From IMG/VR virus record IMGVR_UViG_3300036781_000633: a DNA stretch of 64,000 nucleotides; one strand, given 5' to 3'. This DNA is from an uncultured virus (IMG/VR IMGVR_UViG_3300036781_000633) (Duplodnaviria; Heunggongvirae; Uroviricota; Caudoviricetes). The position numbers and the translations under genes are program-made. This document shows positions 9,991-20,918 of this stretch, piece after piece. Each line of letters starts with the position of its first letter. The first letter of the stretch is position 1. The notes beneath the pieces are model-generated. The model saw nothing but the letters and a program-made list of their open reading frames with translations. It was not told where the DNA came from and did no database searches.

Positions 9991-11055
9991 GTGGGTGAGA
10001 CGACATCGATCTCGTGGACCGATGCGACCTGGAACGTTACGCGCGGATGCCGTCGCGTCTCGGCCGGTTGCCAGAATTGCTACGCCGAGCGTCAGGCGAA
10101 CCGCTTCTCGGGCCCGGGCGGCGCGTACGAGGGCCTGGTCAAGCTGAGGCCCAAGCGACAGTTCAAGATCGTGAACGGAGAGCCAACCGGCGACTTCCGA
10201 ACCGTTCACGAACCACGGTGGTCGGGCGAGACCAAGTTCGTCACCGAACATCTTGCGGATCCCCTTCGCTGGAAGCGCCCGCGACGGATCTTCGTCGACT
10301 CGATGTCGGACCTGTTCTACGAGGGCTTTTCTGACGAGCAGATCGCGGCGGTCTACGGCGTGATGCTCGTCGCCGCACAGCATACCTACCAGGTCTTAAC
10401 CAAGCGCCCGGAGCGAATGGCCTCATTCTTCGGGCGGTGGAGCGCCGACGATTGCATCGGCGCCATGGCGCGGACACAACTGCCGAATGGCCAATCGCTG
10501 CCGGGCCCGAAGCAATGGAACCGTCCGGCGAGGCGCGACTGGTACAGCGTCGAAACATGGCCGGCGCCGTGGATCTGGCACGGCGTCTCGGTCGAGGACC
10601 AAGACGCTGCTGACAAACGCATTCCCCATCTACTCGCAACGCCCAGCGTCGTCCGCTTCCTGAGTTGCGAGCCGTTACTCGGCCCGGTTGACCTGCGTCA
10701 CGTCCAGCACGAGCGCATGTTCGAGCTCGACGCGCTGACGGGCGATCATGGCGTCACGCGTCCTCTTGCCGGACGTGGCCCCAAGATCAATCAGGTGATC
10801 GCCGGCTGCGAGAGTGGACCTGGGGCTCGAGAGTGCGACGTCGAATGGCTTCGCTCGCTGCGCGATCAATGTCGGAGTGCTGGCACCGCATACTTCCTGA
10901 AGCAGGCGATCCCGGCTATTCACAGTATGAGTGCTGGTGCCGCGAGGCCGATTCCGATCAACATCGGCACCGGTGCGACGTGGAAGCACGGCATCGTCAT
11001 CGAGCTTCCGTACCTCGATGGGATCCAGCACGCCGAATTCCCAAGGGTGGACTGA
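9991..11055 (+). CDS. DUF5131 / phage Gp37-Gp68 family (radical-SAM-like)
   Basis: ISWTDATWN...GCRRVSAGCQNCYAE, FVDSMSDLF, QVLTKRPER, FLSCEPLLG, GCESG. Confidence 0.9.
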   Translation: MGETTSISWTDATWNVTRGCRRVSAGCQNCYAERQANRFSGPGGAYEGLVKLRPKRQFKIVNGEPTGDFRTVHEPRWSGETKFVTEHLADPLRWKRPRRIFVDSMSDLFYEGFSDEQIAAVYGVMLVAAQHTYQVLTKRPERMASFFGRWSADDCIGAMARTQLPNGQSLPGPKQWNRPARRDWYSVETWPAPWIWHGVSVEDQDAADKRIPHLLATPSVVRFLSCEPLLGPVDLRHVQHERMFELDALTGDHGVTRPLAGRGPKINQVIAGCESGPGARECDVEWLRSLRDQCRSAGTAYFLKQAIPAIHSMSAGAARPIPINIGTGATWKHGIVIELPYLDGIQHAEFPRVD

Positions 11056-11283
11056 CATGCCGTTGATCACCACGGAGGGCAAGGCTGATGTGCAGATCGG
11101 CACCAACCGAACACGCCGTCTCGTCACCCTGAGACTGGTGTCGTCCCCGAAAGGCGGCCAGGTGTGGTCGTCCGATCTCTTGCTCACACCACAGCAGACC
11201 GCCCACATCATCTCCGAGTTGCAGTCCGCGTTGGCATCGCTGCCGCCGGAGCCCCCGCCGACGCCGCCGGGAATCCCCGAGCG

Positions 11284-11526
11284 ATGAGCCGCGTCAAACT
11301 CGACAGCAAGGGTCGCGCGACGGCGCTCAAGGTCTACTGGAGTAAGCGCGAGCGCGCCCTGATCTACGACGGCGAGAAGCAGACCGGCGGCATGACCGCT
11401 GACGTGTTCGAGCGCATGCCGATCGTCTACGGCGATACGACATTCGTGAAGGAACTCGAGCGGAGCGGATATGACCTCACTACGCTAAGGCTGTCGGTCC
11501 AGCGGAAACCGATCGTGGACTCGTGA
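11284..11526 (+). CDS. hypothetical protein
   Basis: ATGA-coupled ORF in the early operon. Confidence 0.5.
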   Translation: MSRVKLDSKGRATALKVYWSKRERALIYDGEKQTGGMTADVFERMPIVYGDTTFVKELERSGYDLTTLRLSVQRKPIVDS

Positions 11527-11844
11527 ACGCGCAACCCGTGCTGATGGTCCCGTGCCAGCACTGCAGTGGTCGGGATCATGGCCGTCAGCGTCCGTGCCCG
11601 CAATGCGGTGGGTGGGGAGCGGTTCCGATCACCGCGCAGCAGATCCCCGTGAAGCGCAGTCGATGACAGACCATCGCCTTACCGTGTCTTCATGGCGGAC
11701 GATCGGAAGTGCGACCGGTGCTCGAAATCGTTCATCGTGCTCGTCGAGCTGGAGGGCGAACCGCGGTGGTTCCTCTGCATCCGGTGCTATCGCGAAGGCT
11801 TCCGCACCGAGGCCGAAGAGCACGCCCAGCGCCACGGGTGAACT

Positions 11845-12228
11845 GTGAAGCTCATCATTGCCGGCAGTCGCACGGTGCGGCCGACGCTCGAGCAGATACA
11901 CACGGCGGTCACGGCCTTCGCGGGCGAGAGCGGCAAGGTGGACGAGATCGTGAGCGGGTGCGCGGCCGGCGCCGACCAGGCAGGCGAGAACTACGCCGTC
12001 CACTATGAATACCCCGTCAAGAAATTCCCGGTGTCCGAGGCCGACCGCAAAAAGAACCCGTACCTCGCGCCGAAGTGGCGGAACCGCGCGATGGCCGAGT
12101 ACGCTGATGGCGCACTCGTGTTCTGGGATGGCGAGAGCGGCGGGAGCGCGGATATGGTGACCAGGATGGTCGCACGCAAGAAACCCGTCATCGTCGTGCC
12201 GACCCGGAAGTACAAGAAAGGCCAGTGA
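11845..12228 (+). CDS. YspA/SLOG-family protein
   Basis: KLIIAGSR, IVSGCAAGAD, RNRAMAEYADGALVFWDGESGGS. Confidence 0.85.
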   Translation: MKLIIAGSRTVRPTLEQIHTAVTAFAGESGKVDEIVSGCAAGADQAGENYAVHYEYPVKKFPVSEADRKKNPYLAPKWRNRAMAEYADGALVFWDGESGGSADMVTRMVARKKPVIVVPTRKYKKGQ

Positions 12229-12231
12229 ACC

Positions 12232-12429
12232 ATGCCGCGTCGCCGAGCTCGCAAGAATCCCGTCCACTACGCCATCGACTTCGAGAAGCTCGTACCGACG
12301 ATCAAGGAGACCGTTGCTCAAGTGTTGCACTCCCATCACATCGACATCCCGAAGAACATCCAGGATGAGATCGCGCGGAATACGGCGCAGGCTCTCATTG
12401 CGGAAGCGGACGACGAGATTGTCACGTGA
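12232..12429 (+). CDS. small protein with basic RKNP N-terminus
   Basis: MPRRRARKNPVHY. Confidence 0.5.
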   Translation: MPRRRARKNPVHYAIDFEKLVPTIKETVAQVLHSHHIDIPKNIQDEIARNTAQALIAEADDEIVT

Positions 12430-12637
12430 TGGAGTACCGCCTTCGCACGTCACTTCAGGACGGGCTGGCGACGACCCTGATGTGGAAGTGCTATCCGGAG
12501 TATCGCGACGGCTACAGCACATTGAACGCCGTGTTCCATCTCGTGTGGGACTTCCGTCGCGCGTGGGACCGCATGCACGCGCGGCAGCGACGCCGGGACC
12601 GCGAGACCACCGAGTGGGTGGACATCGGCGGCGAAGG

Positions 12638-13126
12638 ATGACTAGCAAGGAATGCTTACGCGAGGCCGCGCGTCGCGGTTACGTGGTCAAACCGGACGGC
12701 TCGGTAGCCGGTCCGCGAGGAAGTATAGCCTTTCGACGTACCAGTGATGGCTACCGAGCGATCTCGATGAAGGTTGACGGTAAAGTGAAGAACGTGCCGG
12801 TCCATCGGTTGGCAGCATTCCAAAAATTCGGAGACCGGATATTCGACCCTGGAATCGTTGTCCGGCATTTGAACGAAGACCATCTCGACAACTCCGTCGA
12901 TAACCTCGGAATTGGCACGCCCTCCGCCAATCAGATGGATAGAGATCCTGATGACCGCAGGGCCCATGCCATCAGATCATCACGCGCCCTGCGTCGATAC
13001 GACAACATGCTGGTCGCGGCGGTTCGGGCGGATCGGATCGCTGGTCTCGAATATCGGGATATCGCAGCGAAGCACGGCATCCCTCATACGACGGTGTTCC
13101 ATATGGTAAAGAAGGCGACCTATTAG
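12638..13126 (+). CDS. HNH endonuclease (homing type)
   Basis: VHRLAA...VVRHLNEDHLDNSVDNL...N, plus C-terminal HTH; visibly more AT-rich than its neighbours. Confidence 0.85.
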   Translation: MTSKECLREAARRGYVVKPDGSVAGPRGSIAFRRTSDGYRAISMKVDGKVKNVPVHRLAAFQKFGDRIFDPGIVVRHLNEDHLDNSVDNLGIGTPSANQMDRDPDDRRAHAIRSSRALRRYDNMLVAAVRADRIAGLEYRDIAAKHGIPHTTVFHMVKKATY

Positions 13127-13218
13127 CCGATCCCTGCCCCGTTGACCCCGTCCGGTCGCAGGGTTACGCTGCTGTGCAACGGCGCGTCTTCTCCGGTCCG
13201 CGCCCGCGGAGAACCAGC

Positions 13219-13917
13219 ATGGCGCGCGGACGTTTGAAGAAACGATTTGGTAAGCGGCGGTATACGGACAACCCGGCACCGCGCCGGAGTAACCCGCCGC
13301 TCCTGGCCGACCTCGTCGAATTCATCGCGCCCGGCTTCGCGGGCTTTGCGGCCACCCGCTTCCTGACCCGGATCGCCGCCGTCCAGGTCGAGAAGTGGAA
13401 ACCGTCCTGGGGAAAGCACGCCGGCGCTGTCGCATCGCTCGCGTCGTTCTTCTCGGCCTGGTTCCTCGCGCACCGCGTGAAGATGCTCGAGAAGTACCAC
13501 ACGCCGATCGTCGTCGGCTCCGGCATCGCCGCCGCGCAGTCGCTCATCCAACTCTACATCCCACGCCTGGGGTGGATGGTGAGCGACGCGACCCCCGAGC
13601 TCGATGATGTTGCCAGTGGCGTGACGTCGTCGACGTCGGGTGACACCACGACGCAGATGCTCACCGCGAACGGGTTCACCGCGAGCAATGACGACCCGAG
13701 CGACTACACGTTCAACGATGAGTACGACGCCGGGATCTTCTCGCGCGGAGACCAGGCGCAGCGCCAGCACCACCAACGGCAGCAGCAGCCGCCCGCCGCG
13801 GCGCCGACCGCCGCGACCGGTTCGAGCACGGATGACGACCTCCTCGCCGAGCTCGACATGCAGGACCAGGGCAGCGGCGGCGCAGGCGGCATCTTCAACG
13901 GCAACCTCGCGAGTTGA
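13219..13917 (+). CDS. membrane protein, paralog of the Arg-rich protein at 55469-56824
   Basis: Basic N-terminus with TDNP and RRSNP, three hydrophobic segments, acidic tail ending GIF. Confidence 0.7.
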   Translation: MARGRLKKRFGKRRYTDNPAPRRSNPPLLADLVEFIAPGFAGFAATRFLTRIAAVQVEKWKPSWGKHAGAVASLASFFSAWFLAHRVKMLEKYHTPIVVGSGIAAAQSLIQLYIPRLGWMVSDATPELDDVASGVTSSTSGDTTTQMLTANGFTASNDDPSDYTFNDEYDAGIFSRGDQAQRQHHQRQQQPPAAAPTAATGSSTDDDLLAELDMQDQGSGGAGGIFNGNLAS

Positions 13918-14285
13918 TCGTGAGCCTCGTCTGGTCGCCATGGACGTTGGCGCTGGCCGCTGGCGCGCTCGGTTACGTCGCCTACGATCAGCACCAGAAA
14001 CTCGTGGCCTCGCAACAGGTAGCGTACGCCGCGCAGCAGAGCGCGGCGGCACTGCAGGACAGGATCAACGCCATGGCGGAGACCGCGAGCGCGACGTCCG
14101 TGACCGACAAGGCGAAGGCGTGGTGGGATAGCTTCGCCGCGAACGCATCCGTCGACGACCTGAAGAACTTCCTGTCCCAGCTCGACTCGAAGTGGGTGCC
14201 GCTCGTGCTCCAACAGTGGAAGACCGACGGGCTCTCGCTCGCGTTCCTGATGGACTTGGCGAAGGACTTCGGCATCATCAGTTAG
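13914..14285 (+). CDS. N-terminally anchored membrane protein
   Basis: WTLALAAGALGYVAY followed by coiled coil. Confidence 0.6.
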   Translation: MIVSLVWSPWTLALAAGALGYVAYDQHQKLVASQQVAYAAQQSAAALQDRINAMAETASATSVTDKAKAWWDSFAANASVDDLKNFLSQLDSKWVPLVLQQWKTDGLSLAFLMDLAKDFGIIS

Positions 14286-14292
14286 GAGCCCC

Positions 14293-14673
14293 ATGTCGTA
14301 CACCCGCAAGCCGATGTCAGGGATTCAGTCGAGGGCGTACGGCTCGCGTGTAGCGACGCGCGCGCTCGCCGGCATCCAGTCGAGGCAGTCCGCGTCGCGC
14401 GTCGCGTCACGAGCGCTGGGCGGCCTGCTCGATTCGATCGACCCGCCGTTCCCGCCGCCGTTCGTAGGACCCGTGCCGGATCCGAACATGGATCAGGGGA
14501 CGTGGAACGCGGCGATGCTGGGCGCGATCCAGAACCAGTCGCTGTGGATGGAAAGCTGGGTCCGTCGCGATCAGACCCAGCGGTGGATGCAACTCGCGGC
14601 GACGGTGTCGATCCCGCTCTTCGCGCTGATCTGGAAGGCGATCCTTCACCGCCGCGCGCCGATCTCGCTCTGA
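14293..14673 (+). CDS. tail-anchored protein with MSY leader (putative virion protein)
   Basis: AGGAG RBS; MSYTRK...RALAG...RALGG; C-terminal TM plus basic residues. Confidence 0.65.
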   Translation: MSYTRKPMSGIQSRAYGSRVATRALAGIQSRQSASRVASRALGGLLDSIDPPFPPPFVGPVPDPNMDQGTWNAAMLGAIQNQSLWMESWVRRDQTQRWMQLAATVSIPLFALIWKAILHRRAPISL

Positions 14674-14685
14674 TAGGCTTCGGGC

Positions 14686-15417
14686 ATGCCGACCCATCGA
14701 GCCAAGAAGACGTACCTTCCACCGAAGACCGACGGTCTGTTCACCGTCCGCGACTCCCTCAAGGATGGCGGTAAGGTCTGGGGCCACAACCTCTCTTACA
14801 CCGACGCGACGAAACTCAAGGAGGAGGTCACCGGATCTCGAAGGTCCCGCTCGGCGCGGCTCGAGCCCCAGGAAGGGATGGCCGCGACGTTCCTCGGAGA
14901 GTTCGGCGACGGCACTCACCGATCGGAGAGCCCACGGACGTCAGCGCCGACCAAGCCGATGTATGGAGGCGGAGGAGGAGGCACGGGCGGCATTGCCGAC
15001 CTCAAGGTTGGCGAGACCACGCTCGAGCTCGCCAAGCAAGCCGCCCTCCGCGCCGCAGCTCCGATAGCCGCGGCGGCGCAAGCCCGCGCGAGCGCTCAGC
15101 GGCCGGCGCCGCTCCCACCGCCGGATGCTGTCGATATCGACATCCCAGACGGTGACAACGAGTACCTCGACGACGACGACATCGCTGGCCTCCTGGGAGA
15201 GGTCGGCGGCAGCGCCACCAGCGAGGACATCAAGCGCGCACACGCGCAAGCCGAGTCCGACTGGAAGGCATCCGACGCGAAGATGCGGGATCTCGAGCGT
15301 AAGCGTATGCCGATCCCGGACGAGCTCGTCGCATACGTCGGCCGCGTCCCGGAAGGCTACGCCAAGGGCGATGGCGGTCTGTGGTCGCCGTCCGCACCGG
15401 CTCCGCAAGCTGCGTAG
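14686..15417 (+). CDS. hypothetical protein
   Basis: 243-aa ORF continuing the operon. Confidence 0.6.
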   Translation: MPTHRAKKTYLPPKTDGLFTVRDSLKDGGKVWGHNLSYTDATKLKEEVTGSRRSRSARLEPQEGMAATFLGEFGDGTHRSESPRTSAPTKPMYGGGGGGTGGIADLKVGETTLELAKQAALRAAAPIAAAAQARASAQRPAPLPPPDAVDIDIPDGDNEYLDDDDIAGLLGEVGGSATSEDIKRAHAQAESDWKASDAKMRDLERKRMPIPDELVAYVGRVPEGYAKGDGGLWSPSAPAPQAA

Positions 15418-15491
15418 ATCCCTCCTTGCGCGCTGGGTATCATTCGGTGGTACTGTCTTGACATCCGGGCACCGCAACGCGAGGAATAGTC

Positions 15492-15845
15492 ATGGCATTT
15501 ACCGGCGTAGCAGTCTTCGAACAAGTCTCGGATCAGATCGTCCGCATCACGGGCCTTTCGCTCGCGGGTGCTGCGGTCGGGACCATCAGCCTCAAGGGCG
15601 GCTCCGGCAACGTGAAGCTGCCCGGCGCCTTCAAACCGGAGCCCTACGAGTACGATGGACACAACGTGTCCTTCGCCGCAGCGCTCGAGGTGTCCACGCG
15701 GCCCGCCGGATCGGTCGTCACATCGGTGCCGGTCGAGATCGTGAAGACCGGTACCGGTCCTGACGATTGGACTGCGACGCTGACCAACACGACGGTCGCG
15801 ACCGCCACCCCCGCGCTCGAGATCTACGTTCAGTTTCACACCTGA
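15492..15845 (+). CDS. small beta-rich protein, putative virion component
   Basis: GAGGA RBS; V/T/G-rich alternating strands. Confidence 0.6.
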   Translation: MAFTGVAVFEQVSDQIVRITGLSLAGAAVGTISLKGGSGNVKLPGAFKPEPYEYDGHNVSFAAALEVSTRPAGSVVTSVPVEIVKTGTGPDDWTATLTNTTVATATPALEIYVQFHT

Positions 15846-16528
15846 TCTGGGCGCGGCGATCCTGAATCAACTCGCCTACCGACGGTAGGAAGGGGACGAG
15901 TTCCGGCAGCGTCATCGCAAGATGGCGCTGTCAGCCTTTGGATCGAACGCGAGCTCGCGACACGTACCTCGAACGCAAGCCGGTCGAGCGCGTCCACGTC
16001 CAGTAGATCTGCCACCTTCATCGGGCGGTGTTGGTATCAGAGACGCGACTACAATGGGAGGGCACAACATCCCATGTGGCAGTGCCGTCTCGACCACGTC
16101 TGGCATCGCCGAGCCATCGGCATCCGCACCACCCGTTGTGGACGTCCGCTCAACGTCCACGTGCACTATCCGCTGCGTGCGGATAGTTACGTCGGCAAAC
16201 TCTGCGTGGATGGATGCTTCTCGGCATACGAGCTCGCCGAGCTTGCCGCCGCCGTGAACGCAAAGATCGAAGACGATTTCCGTCGAGAGTGCGAGCAACT
16301 ACAAGCCGACATCGACGAGGGCTACCGTCGGCATCTCGAGCGCCTCGAGCGCGAACGCAAAGATAGCGACAAGTAGCTACCCCGACGATGCCCCATGTCA
16401 GACATCGTGTCGGCGATACTGGAACGGATGACCAAGGCCGAGCGCGACGAGGACTTCTATTTCTGTATGAAGGTCCTCGGCCGCGGCGCTCGGCAGCGCG
16501 GCAACCATTGGGCGCGGTTCCGGATCGT

Positions 16529-16792
16529 CTACGCGCGATCCTGAACGAGCCGCTTGAGCCGGTCCTGATCGCTCGCGCGAATCAGCACACTCGTGCTGCC
16601 GCCAGCTATTTCGTCGATAGTGACCTTGAAGCCTTCCTCGTTGACCAGCGACTCGATGGCGTCGGCGAGCATCGACTTCGCATCGTCGCGCGTCTTGCCC
16701 TGCGTCATAACGGCAGCCTTGGACCACTCCGCCAGCCACCACTCGCCGTCCTGCCAGATCCGAGCGAGCATGTCGGTCCAGCGAGGCATCAC
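16529..16792 (-). CDS. HicB-like antitoxin domain protein
   Basis: WWLAEW...VMTQGKTRDDAKSMLADAI matches the HicB N-terminal pattern. Confidence 0.7.
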   Translation of the reverse strand: MMPRWTDMLARIWQDGEWWLAEWSKAAVMTQGKTRDDAKSMLADAIESLVNEEGFKVTIDEIAGGSTSVLIRASDQDRLKRLVQDRA

Positions 16793-18115
16793 GCGTCCGT
16801 GACCGACTGCCAGATGCGTGGGTCCTCTTCGGTCGCCCAGAACGACAGTGCGGCGCGCAAGTTGTCCACGCCGGCGAGCGGCAGGAACCCGCGTGCCACG
16901 GTCGACAGCATCCGCATCGGCTCGGTCACGTGGCCGTTGACGCTGGGCAGACGTCCGAAGCTAGAGGCCCAGGCTTCGTCGTAGCGCACGAGCTCAGCGC
17001 AGGTCCGCCGCATGACGTCGTTGTCCCAGGTGCGCGCGATCAGTGAGACCACGCCCAGGAGGCAGCGTGCGGCCGTGCGCGCCGACAGCGACTGCGGTGC
17101 GTTCGGGGACGTCACCGCCGCCGCTCGAGACTTCAGATCCGCATCCTTCCCGGTGGTCATCATGGCCTTTGGTCCTGTTCTCACCATGCACAGACGTGCA
17201 CGTGGTGTCAAGAGTTGCCACTGGCAATGGGGGCGGCGATCCCGCCGCGTGCCGTCGGGCATCCGCATCGCATCGATCCCCTCCAGTGGAATGTCTGCAT
17301 GCATTGGCCACAGCAGCACGAGCAGAACACCTTGGTCACCGTGCCGTGTTCCTGCACGATGACGCCTTCGACCGGCGTGGCCCTCGGGGTGCGCGCCAGG
17401 ATGTTCGCGCGGAACCGCTCGAGCCGGGTCGGCATCGTGAGCTCGCCCGCAAGCGCGGCCTCGACGACCTGCTCGGGGGCCTGGTCGACGGCGTCGGCAT
17501 ACGAGAGCAGCTTCGAGTAGAGCGCGTCGCTGATCGGGATGAAGATGACTTCGTTGTCCTGGAGAGACATGGCCTCAGTGTGAGGCGCCTCGTATCGAGT
17601 GGGAAGTGGCGAACGTTGTCGACGATGAGATCGCGGAGTCGATGTCTGTGCCTCTGCACCATGTGCGTAGATCGGAAATCGTCGCGGAGATCGCCAACAT
17701 CGATAACACCGAGTCGGATTCGTGAGCCCCATTTACGTTCGCGAGAAAGGTGCAGATCTCGGTGGAAGTAAGCGGACGGGCGTCGAGGCGGGGCATGGAA
17801 CTCCTAGTGAGCGCGACGCCCGAGGCGTGCACGCGGCAATGGGGACGGACTGGTAGCGTTGTCGTCGAAGGAAAGGTCGAAGTAATCGCGGTCGTGCTGA
17901 AATGCGGTCACCCACTGGAGTGGCCACTTCGGCATCGGGATCTCTCGCTCGTCGCTGAAGAGCACGAGGAAGAGGCCGTGGCACCGCTGGCATTCAGCCT
18001 GCGCGTAGAGCTCTCGCATGCGAACGCCGGTTCGTCGAAGACGATGTCCAAGGAGCGCACACACGATGGGTCTCCACATCGTCAATCTCTCGGGTGTATC
18101 ACGCCAGCGACGATG

Positions 18116-19078
18116 CTAGTTCGTCTTCGGTGGGACCGGGACCAGCGAGATCTCTACCGCTCGACGTCGGCGAAGCTCGTTGACGAGCTCGTTGACACAC
18201 TGGGTGAAGTCGGTCTTTAGGTCGGCGCTATTCGAGATCTGCGTCAGGATCAGGTGAATTTGGCCCCATCGCGACGGCTCTCGTTCGAGATGTCCCCGGC
18301 GAACATATTCGTGGGTCATGTCGAGGATCGCCTGGACGTCCTCGAGTAAGAACCCGTTGTCGAGGTACGTGCCGGTGAGCGGTGGCGCGATGGGGTGACG
18401 CTCGGTTCCCTTGTAGAGCGACGCGGCGATGTGGAGGCCATCGACAACGCCCTTGATTAGGTCTCGATTGTGGTGGTCATTCCAGCCCAACCCCTCGCGT
18501 TGCTTGTGGTGCGCCGCGATGGCCTTCTCGAGGATCGAGTCGAAGTTGCGGATCCGAGCGGCGGCGAGCACGAGCCGGTCGAAGCGGTTCGGCGACACGG
18601 CTTCGCCGAGCAGTCGTCCGCCCAGCGCGTTGGAGATGGTCTCGAGGTTGGCGCGGTCACGCTCGTGCTGCTGAGTCTGCTCGTCGTGTTTGCGCTGCAG
18701 AGCGGCGTAACGGTCAGCCCATTCCTGACCGATGGCGCTCGCCTTCTCGATGGCGGCCGTACGTGAAACGCGCGAGGCGCGGAACTCTTGGATCTCGTCC
18801 TTGTCGAACTGCTCTGTCCCACGGGATCGACGGACGTCGCTGAGTGCTGTCTCGATGTGAGCGAGTTTCTCGCGCAGGTCCGAATTAGCCGCCATGAGCG
18901 CGGCGGCGTCATCCTTGAGACTACTGCATCGCTTCATCCATTCGTCGACGGCGTCGCTCATGTCGGCGACGTCGACCCGTGATGAGTTCAACTTGCGCGC
19001 GAGCTTGCTACGTCGGAGTTTCTTCAGCTTGCGGCGGAGACGGCGGACCTTGTCACGGAGTGCGGCTTTGCTCGACAT
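18116..19078 (-). CDS. coiled-coil hypothetical protein
   Basis: 320 aa with long charged helices. Confidence 0.6.
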   Translation of the reverse strand: MSSKAALRDKVRRLRRKLKKLRRSKLARKLNSSRVDVADMSDAVDEWMKRCSSLKDDAAALMAANSDLREKLAHIETALSDVRRSRGTEQFDKDEIQEFRASRVSRTAAIEKASAIGQEWADRYAALQRKHDEQTQQHERDRANLETISNALGGRLLGEAVSPNRFDRLVLAAARIRNFDSILEKAIAAHHKQREGLGWNDHHNRDLIKGVVDGLHIAASLYKGTERHPIAPPLTGTYLDNGFLLEDVQAILDMTHEYVRRGHLEREPSRWGQIHLILTQISNSADLKTDFTQCVNELVNELRRRRAVEISLVPVPPKTN

Positions 19079-19595
19079 TGCGGGTCACCTCGGAGAGTTG
19101 CTGGTTGATCTGGATCTCAAGCTCGTCGGGCACCTGCCAGAACGACAGGGCACCCTTGCACGGGATCGGTATGAGTGGATGGATGTCGGTAAGCACCAGG
19201 CCGAGCGGGCCAAAGAACCACCGGTGTTGGTCGTCCGGTAGTCCGTGGAGTGGCGCATCTGCTGCGAAGATGCTGGATTGGCGCCCGTCGTCCTTGCGGA
19301 TGCAGCGCTCGAGCGTCGCCACGCCGATGATCGCGGATACCGGGAACAGCATTCGTGCACTCACGACCGGGTCGGATCGACGCTCACCAATAATCAGGTC
19401 CGGCACGTCCGCTCCGTAGATCTTGTCGATGAAGATATCCTCGACGGTCTCCATGTCGATCTCGCGGCTCGCGTGGATGGCGAAGCGCTGGCCTATCATC
19501 GACTTCGGATCATGGCGCCAGTCACGGTTCTCGATCCGCTTGATGCCGCTGGCAACCATCGTTGCCCACGGCTGGGTCAGCGTGAGCGCTCTCAT
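19053..19595 (-). CDS. ASCH domain protein
   Basis: MRALTLTQPWA...GIKRIENR, FAIHAS, IPCKGALSFW. Confidence 0.9.
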   Translation of the reverse strand: MRALTLTQPWATMVASGIKRIENRDWRHDPKSMIGQRFAIHASREIDMETVEDIFIDKIYGADVPDLIIGERRSDPVVSARMLFPVSAIIGVATLERCIRKDDGRQSSIFAADAPLHGLPDDQHRWFFGPLGLVLTDIHPLIPIPCKGALSFWQVPDELEIQINQQLSEVTRNVEQSRTP

Positions 19596-20093
19596 CCGGG
19601 AATGTCCCTCGGCTTGCCCGCGATGCCACGGCTGACCAAAACGGCGCAACGACGGACGGCGACCAATGCCTCGCGCGGATACCCACGGGTGTGGTCAACC
19701 TCAATGTCGAGCTCCTCGACGAGCTGGGCGAACGCCTTCTGGACTGCGGTGACAATCCGCGGTTCGACGTCCACGCTCTCGTTGGATGGAGCGAGTCGTT
19801 GTTTGCGGTGCGGTGGCGGTAGGTCGTCCTCTTCGCGCTGCGCGGCAGCAATGACATCCGGCAAGCTCGCGGGGACGATCGATTCCTCGTCGGCCTCGCC
19901 CCAATGCTTGTTGTAGACCGTGTCCCAGTCGGTCTGCTCGACCTCGGTGGCGATGTCTGGCGCGAGCGCCTTGATCGCTTCCCACACGCACCCGTTGGGA
20001 CCACGCGACTTGCCGACCGGGTAGCCCTGGTAGATGTGCATCATGAAGACGAGGCGCTCGACGGCCTTGTCGATGTCTTGGCGATTTGGCACG

Positions 20094-20918
20094 TCAGTAC
20101 TCGCTCGAGGCGACCATGCCGTACGGCATGTCGACCAGTGGGCCACCATCGTCGCCCTTGATCACGCACGCCTTGATGCGCGCCTCGTCGGTAATCTCAC
20201 CGACGCTGATCTCGTCTGTCTCGTCTGTCTCGCCTGCATCGATCAGGTGCTGGCAGATGAGACGGAGCGCGGTGATCGAGTCCTTGGCGATCACGGTAAA
20301 CGAAGCGCCGCCGTCGGAACCTTCCCAGTATCGACGCACCCGACCGCGGGGTTTGTTCACGGATGGGGTTCGGTGGGCGCCGCAATCGACAACGTATCCG
20401 ACGGACTGACAATCGGCGGCGGCGAGGGCCCAGGTAGCGAATGGACCGCTCGTGCCATCGCGGTGGTCTTCGATGTCCCACCAGTACCAACCTGGTCCGC
20501 CGTGGGGCTGGTGCACGGCGCGAAGCTCCTCGACGGCAGCTCGTGGCGTCGTCAGGAACGACATCGGCGCTGGGCGCGGTCGCGCATCGATGGCAGCCTC
20601 GAGCCGCTTGAACCGGGTACAGAACGCGTCGTCCATGCTTTTGGTGTCGCGCTCCAGTTGTTCGATGCGGCGGAGCACGTCGCCCGTCCACTGCGCGTTG
20701 ATCGTCCATACCCGATGCTCGTCGCCGGCATTTTTCTGCGTGGCTTCGACAATCTGCCGCTCGTAGTTCGCGAACTCCGAGGCGGCGAACGCTTCTAGGA
20801 ACGTCGAGGTCACAGCGAGCCGCCGCTCCGCGAAATCGGGGGGGCCACCATCTCGCACATCGTCGATAGCGAGGATGTCCTTCAGGAGGCGCTCAGCGTA
20901 GTCTTCGCTCGTCCTCAC
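20094..20918 (-). CDS. hypothetical protein
   Basis: 274-aa ORF coupled to its neighbours. Confidence 0.55.
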   Translation of the reverse strand: MRTSEDYAERLLKDILAIDDVRDGGPPDFAERRLAVTSTFLEAFAASEFANYERQIVEATQKNAGDEHRVWTINAQWTGDVLRRIEQLERDTKSMDDAFCTRFKRLEAAIDARPRPAPMSFLTTPRAAVEELRAVHQPHGGPGWYWWDIEDHRDGTSGPFATWALAAADCQSVGYVVDCGAHRTPSVNKPRGRVRRYWEGSDGGASFTVIAKDSITALRLICQHLIDAGETDETDEISVGEITDEARIKACVIKGDDGGPLVDMPYGMVASSEY

